Shown: positions 53,693-64,000 of the stretch, one piece after another
How the letters are laid out: every line of letters begins with the position of its first letter
Position numbering within the stretch: the first letter of the stretch is position 1
Assembly: GCA_000320545.1 (NCBI GenBank)
Contig: ADNK01002325.1
Span: 62,001 to 126,000 of the forward strand
Source: Bigelowiella natans CCMP2755
Taxonomy: Eukaryota > Protista > Cercozoa
DNA: 64,000 nucleotides
Direction: 5' to 3'
Notes under the pieces: generated by a model
Databases searched by the model: none
Told to the model about the DNA's origin: nothing
The model's input: the letters and a program-made list of their open reading frames with translations, nothing else
Made by a program: the position numbers and the translations under genes

Positions 53693-55768
53693 TTCTTTGC
53701 CTCTCTGTATGGCAGGTGTTTCATGTACAACTTCTTCAAGTCTCAGGCGATTCCATTTGTGCCTATTTACGGCGACTTTTCTGACGAGGTGGCTGCTACG
53801 GGAGCGCTGACGTCCATCCTTAGATCATCAGGTCCATCATTGCGTATATTTAGTAGAGATAATGTGCCATAACGCCAAAATTGCGTTTTCCCATCTAGGA
53901 AATACCAAAGAATCCATGATTTTCATCAAAGCGTGCCACTTAACACAAGGATCTGATAATGGTAACAGTCATCCGTCCTTCGTCGTCCCCGAATGAAAGC
54001 TTTCTTGACTGCTGTGCTTGTGTCTTAACCCATCAGGGACCTTGATCGTAAAGATGGAAGCCGATTTGCTTGGTAGGAAAAATTCACGTGGTTTCCAAGA
54101 GAAATTGAGTGCTGCAAAGGCTTGGATAAAGCAAAAACTTCGGCAAAAGCCCTCAGATCCATGGAGACCATGGAGCAAGTCAATGAAGAAGTAAGTAGGA
54201 AGCATATCATATTTAAACAACTTTGCCATCACCTCTTGTGTTGCTGCTACTACAACTACTATTATATTACTACTACTCCTACCTCTTGAATACTGTTTCC
54301 CCCCCCCCCCCCCCCCCTCCCTCTTCTCTCCCTCCCCTTCTTTATTAGGTTGCTGGAGACGGTGAAGGCGGGCATTATGATACAAAAAGGATTTGGTGGA
54401 CCAAGCGAAACCGCTATGGCCGCTATGGGACTGCTTCCGAAACCGGTACCATTTTTGCTAATATCCCATTCATTGTACCTCCTCGTCCTCCTCCTCCTTA
54501 AGCTATCGTCATCCGTCTTTGTGAAGAAGAAGAAGAAGAAGAAGAAGATTAGGGTCATGCTGATGAGGACTATAACTTTTTTTGGTCTCTATTTGCACAT
54601 CCAATCATGAAAAAAAGGAATAAGTGGAGAAGCTGGATTGAGCTAGATTCTCCTACTCTTTCCGCTACTTTTCTTCCTTTCTTTTGCTGCAATGATATCG
54701 TCTGCTTGTCTATATGACTGTATGAATCTACGTTGCACGTGTTTAGATCGAAGCCAAAGTCGAGGTGTTATGGGGGCGAGCATATCTAGCCTTTTTGCAT
54801 GACTACAAGGTAGTCATCTTGCAATATTATTCTCTGCCACAAATGCTTTCTTTACGAGGATGATAGCAGCATGATATGTGGGACTCGAAGAGCAAACTTA
54901 TATATAGAATTTCTTCTTCGTTTCTGACCGTAGAAGTAGTACCACGCAGCAGAAGGAGCAGGGTTTCCACACACTACTAAAAAACTTCCATCCTCATCAT
55001 CATTATCATCAACTCATCAGCATTTTTCTTCTCCTCCTCCTCCTCCTCCTTCTCCATCAGGTCTTCGCATTCCGAGACTGTAGATTCGAAAAGTATGAAT
55101 CTGACTTTTATGGCAACATCTGGCACAGCAGTGTGCCAGATGCGAAGGAATTCAAGTGGCTCTGCAAAGATGAGGAGGTGCGTCGTAAATGCATGCATGA
55201 GTGCAATCTGTGCCGAAGGAGAGGGTCAGACTTCTGATGGAAAGAACATAATCCGTTTTCATTAATGTGAATATTGTTGGTGCTATCTGATACAACCTAG
55301 GACTACCTAACGCCCGTCTTTGAACTCGCGGAGTTGGTTGCTCGCAAGATTGGCATCGAGCAGCTTAGAGTCGATATATTTATAGAGCCAGGACGCCCCA
55401 CTCAACCGGTTGTAAATGAGATATCTCTAGCGAGCGGAGTCTTATACCGTTATCACGCTCCATTTATGGCTCAAATATGGGTCGGTGGCCATGAGAAGCG
55501 AGGCAGCAAATCGTTCCCTTCCGCGAAGAACTCGAATCTACAATTTCTCATTCCCCTCTGTGCAGTTTTTTGCTCTCTTATTGGAGTTGCTAGAGCTGTC
55601 GCAGCTTCTATTCTTATGACCCCACTGGCGTATCTACGTCAGCGATTTGCTTCTCTCTCGTCGTCGGTGCTGTGTCGGTCAGTGCTTTCGTCTTCAAATT
55701 GGGTTATGGCTCTAGCATCGCATATCCAGGAGCGATTTTTTAGAAAATCGCAGCGAAAGGCGAGATAG
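52544..55768 (+). CDS. Membrane-anchored ATP-grasp-fold enzyme, TupA-like (about 11 exons)
   Basis: Three N-terminal hydrophobic helices, then LIEKDKCFMYNFF..IPFVPIYG, MIFIKACHLTQGS, GIMIQK, PIEAKVEVLWGR, LAELVARKIGIEQLRVDIFI..PVVNEISL. The order DK / K.xH / E.K / RVD / NE follows TupA-like ATP-grasp ligases. Confidence 0.6.
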
Positions 55769-55957
55769 ATAAACTATACGTTCTTGTAAATATAAATTTT
55801 CAGCATCACAGCAGAAACGAACGAGCACATTTTTAGCGATTGCCGCTGCTTTTTACATTAGAATGACCATTGAATATAATTAATATGTTCATTAAATTCG
55901 TCTCTTTTGTGAGATATGTATAATATTACACATGTATGCAAATATATAAAATATGTA

Positions 55958-55995
<38 letters not shown>

Positions 55996-57190
55996 TTTTA
56001 TATGTGTGTATACGTTGTGGGCATAGTTTGTATTTGGCTTCTTGGATTGATTCTGTGTGACTACATCAATTGTGTTGTGTTCATACATTAGCATTGAATT
56101 TGTCTTTCATTCATCTGGCACATGACATTTGCATAGCTGTGCAGCTGCATCGCCTTGTTGCATGTATCTGTCACATGCACATGCTAGCATGTACTAGTGT
56201 AGCTGAAGCAATAACAATTACATACGTGTCCATCCATCTATCCAGGGAACCATGCACATGCTCGCATGGCGTGTACATGCAATGCACGCTGTACGTGTAA
56301 TGTCCATCATTGTGCACCGCTAGCAAAGGCACCGTCTAGCCGTGTGCATGGGCAATGGCTCATGCTAGCATGTCATCAATATCTTGTACGTACGTACGCA
56401 CAGCCACAGCTAGACAGAGTGTTACAATTGCATGCACGTTCGTGAGCCCGCCAGCTGACGCACGCGCACATTGCTAGATTGGATTGAAACTCGCATGTCT
56501 GCTAGACATGTGCTCTACTTGCAACTGAACGATCGATCACAGCGCAGACACAAGTAAACGATCGAGAGAATATGCACACATCTAGACATGCGAGCGCTCG
56601 CTCATTACGTACGTTAGCAGGAGACAAATGCAATGAAGCACATTACGGTTGTGGTACGTTCCATGCACACGTAATAATAGCATCTTCTATGCGCACACTC
56701 TCATCTTGAGTGTAGTAGTTCCCGTCAGCTTTGTGTTTTCTAGTTTTCGATCCTAGTTTCGATTTCATGTCGCCGTTCTAGCATTGCACCCCATATATTC
56801 TTGTCGATCATTGAATGTTAAACACATATCTATCTCTAGATATAACCAGTACGTAGCCAACACGCACTGTACGTGTATTGCTGATCGAGTATACATAGCA
56901 GCAAGATTCATTTCAATATCGACATCATGATCGAAGGTACACCTTCCTCTATATCATCTGCAGGCAGCACACTAAAGAGCAAATAAAACTTATTTACAAA
57001 CTAAGTAGCCACGCCGTAAGTATTTGTTTGATTTTTTGTAATGATGCACAAAGTTGTATTTTAACGCAATTGTAATATACGATGGCCAAAACACTCTAGG
57101 TACAATTTTGCTTTCTTTTTGGCAAGATGAAACCAAAAGAACGACAGTCTACTCTCTATACTCATGAGCTCTAAGAAACTCATCACTCTT

Positions 57191-58127
57191 TCAAATAACA
57201 CGCTGGTAAGACTCCCCTTCTACCATTTTCCCTTGCATGGAACGGAGGACATTACTCTTAAATTGTGATTTATTATCCCTCATAAGTTTTGCAGCCTCTT
57301 TATTGAGCGGATCGTTGGGGTTAGGTTCCTGCAATAATGATGATTCTAACTAAGAGATTACTTACAGACCGACTCGAATATACAGCGTGGGGGAAGAGGA
57401 AATGAAAAGAAAAAATGAAAACTGCTACCACGAAAAGATAAATGAGGCCATGGATGATGCTTTGGGTGTCCAACACGGGTTTCCAATCTTGCCTCAAGAT
57501 ATTTAAGCATACGTTTCCCTCAAGGTCCAAATTAGGATGGTATATCTTATCCAAGCAGAGGATCTTTGGGGGCTTGTAGGGATCTAGTGCATAAGAAAGA
57601 TAACGATCATGCATACGTAGTAATATGGGCAGGTAATACCCATCATCCTGTGTCTTCTCACCGTTGCATATTCGGTTTCAGATGTGTGTTTTTCTATGAA
57701 TAACAGCAGCAAGTGTGCAACTTACAGTCGTCAGGGACTTGACAGCGAAAATGGAAGGTGCCACCCTTCCAGTAACCGTCCTGGGGAGCGATGGTGAATC
57801 GGAAGTCCAGCAGTTTGTCCTCCTGCAAAGTGATAGATTACAAGTTTCATAACCAATTATTTTTATTCTATATCTACTACGTATATCCTCTTTTCATCAC
57901 ACAATAAGACCAAAGGATACTACCTTAATATCATCTTGATTAAGCTTCACGTAAGGCGGAAGCTCGAGCTCGCCGAAGTCACTCTGCATCCGAGCGAAAG
58001 CTGTGAGTTGTTTTTTCCCTGCCTTCGATTTTGACCCGGATTTACCATCTGCACTTTTAGAATTGGAACTTCCAGCGGATTCTTTCTGCTTCTTCTTTTT
58101 AAGCGCTCTCAGCCGTGCCATCGCCAT
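57191..58127 (-). CDS. UBC12: NEDD8-conjugating E2 enzyme (4 exons)
   Basis: Basic N-terminal extension, [77 protein letters not shown]. Confidence 0.95.
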
Positions 58128-59314
58128 GGTGGAAATTTACTGGGGTTAGAATGGTTATGAGTCAACCTACGATTCAGTGCTGAACGTAGGAAGGAGATGA
58201 TGAAGATTATAAGAGGATGCAATAGGAATAGTTCCCCCAATATCCTGTTTAGCCAACGCCTCCTTCCTCCCCCATTGACAAATAAATCTTCGCAAATCGC
58301 AAAGTTGTCCCCAGAATGTGGTCAATGGGGATAAACCAACTGCCACATAGCACACTTGTCAATAAGATTTTCATGCACCCATCTTATATGCCTTTTTTGC
58401 CATAAATGTAGCACAGAAGCTCAGCATGTACTCCATGCAATCTCACTACCTCGCTCTTCTGGCTTTCCGGTTGAGATGAGGGTTAATGAAGGCAGACGGG
58501 ACGTGGTGCCTAAATTATTGAGCCTTACTCCCTTTCACCCCTAAAAATATGCAGTTAATTTATCACTTGCGACATTCGAAAATTACAAATAACATAAATG
58601 ATACATTACATTATTGGTTTTGTCTGAGGAAATGCGGAAGATTGTTCTCTGAAAGGCTGCGCAGATGTCAGGTCAGCTGTTGTTGCAGGCTTGAGCGACA
58701 GTTTGAGATCCAATCTTTGGCCAATCCTTTGAGAAAAGGATAAAGAGTCAATGTTCTGCGCTTAGATTTCGAAAGAATCGAACGGAGATATACATTCACG
58801 AGAATATCACAAAGCACTTAAGATACTTCGAGTCTCCGATTCTTCGAAATGCAAATTTCCCCGTGATATTTGATTAGCGTCTTATAGATTAGGTTGTCGT
58901 TACATGAAAAAGGCATGGACAAGCTCCAAGTTTGTTCCACGAATGCTCTGGATGATCTAACGAAGGAATAATAATGAAGTATGAATTGAGGACTTGGACG
59001 ATCGGTTGTGCAGATCGACGAGCATCGTTCATCACATCACACCCCCCTCCGACAACATCGTAGATATATTTTATTGACTTCGTATTCAAACGAAGCTTGT
59101 CCGATTCGCGTTGGCAGACAGGGCGCGCCTTGGAGGAGGAGGAGGAGGAGGAGGAGAAGGAGGAGGAGGGATCCGCGATAGAAGCAAATGTGGAGATTTA
59201 GGCTTCACAGATATGCTGGGGACGAGAAGGGTAGTGCCGAAATGAACTTTCAATCGATGCCTTACTCGAAAATGCATTCGTTCAAATTGAAAGGTTTATT
59301 TGATTTAAGATTGA

Positions 59315-60166
59315 ATGGAACTAATGTTTACAGGTGTTGTTGCGAATGACGAGGCCCCGAAATATGCTGTGGAAACTCTCCAAACCTTTGAACTGATCTC
59401 CGTTTTGAAACGTGACAATCGACTGGTGACTGTGCCCATGTTGAAACCTGAATATAGAGGCGATGAGGACTACTTCCGCTTCGTGAGCAAGGAGGAGTAT
59501 CGACCCTGTGTCATTCAACCGGGAAAATATTTCTACATTCAAAATTGCGCATCAAATCAATTTTTGACAGTTTCTGACGACGGAGGGGAGATTCGCTGCG
59601 AAAGCCGAGAGGGAAAAGTTGATGGAACTTTATTTCTCGTCGGCGTGCAAAAGAAGCAGCAGCAGCAGCAGCAGCGTGACAATCATTGGTGGTTTCGGGG
59701 TTGCAAGACATCAACATCTATAACGTCATATGGCCTACGATGTATCATCGTGGGACCAGATGGATATTTGGTGCACGGATTCCCGAAGATAGTTCGGGGC
59801 TATTTGAGGAAGAAGAATGTGCTCTACGGATACAGCGTTAGTACCCATAGTAGCAGTAGTAGTAGTAGTAGTAGTAGTCAAGGGGAAAGTCGCAGCAGCA
59901 GGAGGAGGAGGAGGGGACGGGGAAGTGTTCTGTTTCTATGTACTATATCGAATGGTGTTTCTTTATTGTCATCATTCTGCAATTATTCGCGATCATCATC
60001 AAAATCACAAGTTGATCACTTACTTTTTCTTATTCATTGGTCACTAAGCACTAAGCAAGCTGTTTTCACAATAATGTGGGTTCTAGACCAAATACTTCGC
60101 TATCGTGAATGGCGAGTTACGCTTTTGGGAGGACGAGAAGCAGTATGTAAACATCAAATGGGCGAT

Positions 60167-60198
<32 letters not shown>

Positions 60199-60436
60199 AA
60201 TGATGATAATGATTATGATGACGAAATTACATTTATTATGATAGAAATAATGAAAACGACTTCAATGCAAACGTGCATGGTGCTGATAGTAATGGTATTC
60301 TAATCATCAATCCTATTTCCCTTCTCCTCCAAGCTTCATTGATTGCGTGGATGTGGCGAGGGAGAGCGGAAGCCTTTCCTTGAAAGATGTTGACTGGGCT
60401 ACATTTGGGAAAACGAAAAGGTGGAGAAGAGAGAGG

Positions 60437-60500
<64 letters not shown>

Positions 60501-62504
60501 AATAGAGAAAGGGAAAAGAGTAGAACGACGACGACAACGACGACCACGATGAAATTTTCTTTATTCCTTTCACTTTGGTTCTGTAGTCATGTGAAGCTTC
60601 TGTTCGAAAATGGCAAGACCCACTACCGTTTCAAGTTGTTGAAGAGTGGCAATATTGACGAGAATCCATTCACTAAGATAAAAAAAAACACAGCTGCTTT
60701 ATGGATCTCCTCCTTCTGCAAGCTAGTGTTGAAAATCAACAACAAGAAACAGAAGAAACAACCGCAACAGAGAGACGGGCATGTCGTAGCTATTAACAAT
60801 GAAAACGGAGAAGAAAAAGGAGAGGGAGAAGGGGGCGGAGGAGGAGGAGGAGGAGGAGTATTGGCCATTCTGACCAGTGAGAAGGAATCTGCTACTTCTA
60901 CCACTTCGTTCTCCTCTATGAGCGGCAACACGATCGATGTAACGAAGGACCTACAGCAGTTCATAGTAGATGGAGTCCTCCGCATACGTCCTTGTGAGTC
61001 TTGGTGTGAGTTGTTTCAGGATATAAACAAACAACTTATTGGATCGGAATTGCTAGTAATCAGGTTCGCCTATTATTATTATTATAATTATTATTATCAT
61101 TATTATCATTTATTATTTATTATCATTAATATTATTGTTATAGTTATTATTATTATTAGAAGGAAGAGGAAGTGACTTGTTCCTCCATGATGACGCAACA
61201 CTCTCGCATTCGTATAAACATAACAACACTCTCGCATTCGTATAAACATAATAACAGTTATGATTAGCGATGGTACTTCCTTCACAGATTGACTAAGGGA
61301 GAAGGGAAGAGTAGGTGCTTTTCCTACTACTACTACAGCCTTGCAGACCTTCAAGCAGGGATAATGGTAGAAGAGGTTCTGAAGGTAACACTAGCTTTTA
61401 TCACTGGTGTTGTAGAACGCTGCCTTTACAATTAGCATCCATCCGATATTAATCATTGTATCTTATTCTTCATATATTGTCACTCTCCCCCTCCTCTTTC
61501 CTCTCAGCACCAGCAGCAGCGGAATGATGATAAGGAGCATAAGAATCATCATCATCATCCTGATGAAAGAGGAGACGAGAAAGCGAATCATGTCACCTCT
61601 GACCTTCTGCACCACCGGCCAACCGAAGAGATGGTCATTATAGATGATGACGATGATGTGAAAAACGATGGAGATAAGGATCAAAGGGGAGGATATACCG
61701 ACAACCCTCACCCCCCCCCTCCGGCTAAATACCGCAGCAAAGATGGAAATGAAAAAGAAAAAGAAGAAGAAGTTCGCACTTCAGAGATGGGAGGAGGCAA
61801 GTTGACGGGAAGGTTGCGACAGCATACTAGCACAGAGGGGGAGGAGCAAAGCCGTGATGATATTACGAGGAGAAGAAATAGATTGAGAAAGGATCCTAAT
61901 GATAATAATCATGATAGAGGAAATTCATTACACGATGTTACCGGTCAATCCACCCAGAGAAAGGGAGGATTGAACACAACGATGACAACCACAACCACAA
62001 CCACTAGGACATGTAAGACAGTCATCACCAACGAAGCTGCAGCAGGAAATGATGATGAAGAACAAAAAGAAAATGATAAACGAGGACCTCGCAGCAAAGA
62101 TGATGCTCACGAGACCAAAAGAAACGTAAAAGACAAGAAAGAGGGCTGCGACAAGAAGATGCGCCACAACGACGAAAACCGAAGGAGAAGAAGAAGAAGA
62201 CCTACACTAGTAGTTGAGTCCGAGACTACTACAAGGCGAAGAAGAGATAATGAAATTGATGACTTTAATAATGACGATGATAACGATGAATATACCGCTG
62301 CTCAAACTAACAAAGCACAGCCTTTCATCTCCCCCTTTCTGCTACAAATTGCATCATCACGTTCTTCAGGTCAAAATGTAGTAGTATCATCACCATCCGC
62401 CAACACCGCTCCTATCCCCCGTCCTTCTCCTCCTACCACTATCACCGCCAACCACACAGCGAAAGGAGAAGGGAAAGCGGGAATAGAGATAGAAGAAGGA
62501 GGAG

Positions 62505-62535
<31 letters not shown>

Positions 62536-64000
62536 CAAAGCAGCGTCTATTCATGAAAAAGAAGGAACTGATGACCAGGAAGGTATCATTGTGGCAGACG
62601 ATTCAAATGATGACAACAACAACAACAACAACAACAACAGCAGCAGCAGCAACAACAACAAGAAGCATCAGCTACTTCCTTCTTCTTCTCCTTCACAACC
62701 TCATCATCATCAGCAGCAGCAGCAGATAAAGGCGCCAAAACCTTCTCGACTCCACCTCGATTGCGGTGGTTTACGAGGAGAAAAAGGAGCAGGAGAAAAG
62801 GGAAGAGGAGGAGGAGGTTCTCGCCATAAAGATAGGAATATTGATCAACAGGAAGATCTTCGTCAAAATCATCAACGAGTGCCAACAAAGCCAGTCAAAG
62901 CAACGTCTATGCCGGTACTGCTTGCTGCGGCATTGCTACCAACGGAGCATGATAATCGAAGGAAAAAGAAGATAGTGATGGCTCAGGAGAGGAGAAAGAA
63001 ATGTGATCTCAATCTTGATAATACCAAGGAAGGTCAAGGCCAAGAGGAAGACAAGAACCATGACAAAGGAGGAGGAGGAGGAGGAGGAGGAGGAGGGGAA
63101 GGAAAGAACAAAGAAGCAGAGTTGATTCGTCGTTTAAAACATCGTCTATCGCCCCTTCTCCCCTTTTCGAGAAGAGGAAAAGGAGGTCATAAATCTTCCG
63201 TATGTATGGGCTGGTATACGATGCTGTGTATCGATGCAAACCTCCAAATGGGAGATAACGTGGCACGGCCTGTGCATCTCAAGCTGGTCATTCTAGACAA
63301 TAATACCAACAACAAAAGCTACGATAATAGTAATGATAACAATAATAGTAGTAACACAAGCCCCAGAATACTATCATCATCATCGTCGTCGTCATCATCA
63401 TCATCAATATCCATTGAGCTTTTAGCTTTCGAGGATATGACATCAATGGACCCATTCTTTGCTCTGCAGCTGCATCATTGCGTCTATTCCTCCTCCTCCT
63501 CCTCCTCCTCCTCCTCCTCCATGAAAACAAAAACGATGATGACCACAACGAAGGTGTGGAAGGTGAACCCCTTCACAATAGGGTTGGAGCAGCAGTACCG
63601 TGGACATTATCGTCGGCATCATCATCATCATCATCATCATCACCATGATCAACGTCATCATCCCCCTTCTCGTTACGCAATAATACTACCTTCAGAAGAC
63701 CTCTGCAAGATCTGGGGACTGCAGCTCTCTCTTGCGATCGATCTTGGAGCTACGACTCTTCGCCACTGCAAGAACAAAGTGCAGCAGCAGCAGCATCTAC
63801 CGTTGCCTTTATCACCAGCTTCTTCCGCCTTCCAATGCTTTCCTCTAATACTGGAAATGAGAACAACAACAACTCCCAAAAGAGCATTCAATGCTACAGG
63901 AGACCGCGGCAATGCTTGTATTTGCTGCTCAGGCATGCTGGTAGTGTATGGAAGATTAGGCTACGCGTCCTTCTCCGGTGCAATCGGTGTTACAAGAATA
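59315..64000 (+). CDS. Large unknown multidomain protein, truncated at the window edge (beta-trefoil-like, DUF3395-like and PH-like segments)
   Basis: Exonic ORFs 59315-~59830 (GKYFYIQNCASNQFLTV) and ~60588-61063 (IDVTKDLQQFIVDGVLRI..ELF), plus a stop-free frame from ~61509 to 64000 that the ORF track omits. That frame contains a PH-like pattern (CMGWYTML...ELLAFED..DPFFALQL...FTIGL...YAIILPSEDLCKIWGLQLSLAI). The true start is probably further upstream. Confidence 0.55.
61196..61251. repeat. 28-bp direct tandem duplication (CAACACTCTCGCATTCGTATAAACATAA x2)
   Basis: Read directly from the sequence; probably intronic. Confidence 0.9.

Noticed and set aside
1-64000. Transposase, reverse transcriptase, tRNA, rRNA or non-canonical splicing
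   Set aside because: No such motifs were recognised, and the introns I resolved could be modelled as GT-AG.

Overview
Gene-dense, intron-rich nuclear DNA from a microbial eukaryote. It has canonical GT-AG introns, many micro-exons and abundant microsatellites. The style and gene content suggest a rhizarian/chlorarachniophyte-like protist, which is inference only. By splicing manually I recover 15 protein-coding genes, plus the probable tail of a 16th at the left edge. In order: DNAJC9-like (-), CMC1-like twin-CX9C (+), MORN3-like with EF-hands (-), ATG27/M6PR-like (+), a very large CHAT protease-STAND NTPase-TPR (NLR-like) protein (-), 7TM-RGS (+), a REJ-GPS polycystin-like protein with a PDZ-like domain (-), a 14-finger C2H2 protein (+), GOSR1 (-), SNF8 (+), a tyrosine-kinase-signature kinase fused to a TDA3-like FAD oxidoreductase (+), an intronless DUF707-like glycosyltransferase (-), a membrane-anchored TupA-like ATP-grasp enzyme (+), UBC12 (-) and a large unknown gene running off the right edge (+). 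Highlights: the NLR-like CHAT-STAND-TPR protein with intact catalytic motifs; the kinase-oxidoreductase fusion visible inside a single exon; the head-to-head glycosyltransferase/ATP-grasp pair; an unexplained ~200-nt structured RNA candidate; near-perfect strand alternation; and a palindromic CATG/CTAG vocabulary concentrated in 3'-flanking gaps. No rRNA, tRNA, CRISPR array or transposase was found. All family assignments come from motif recognition, not database searches, and exon boundaries are manual predictions.
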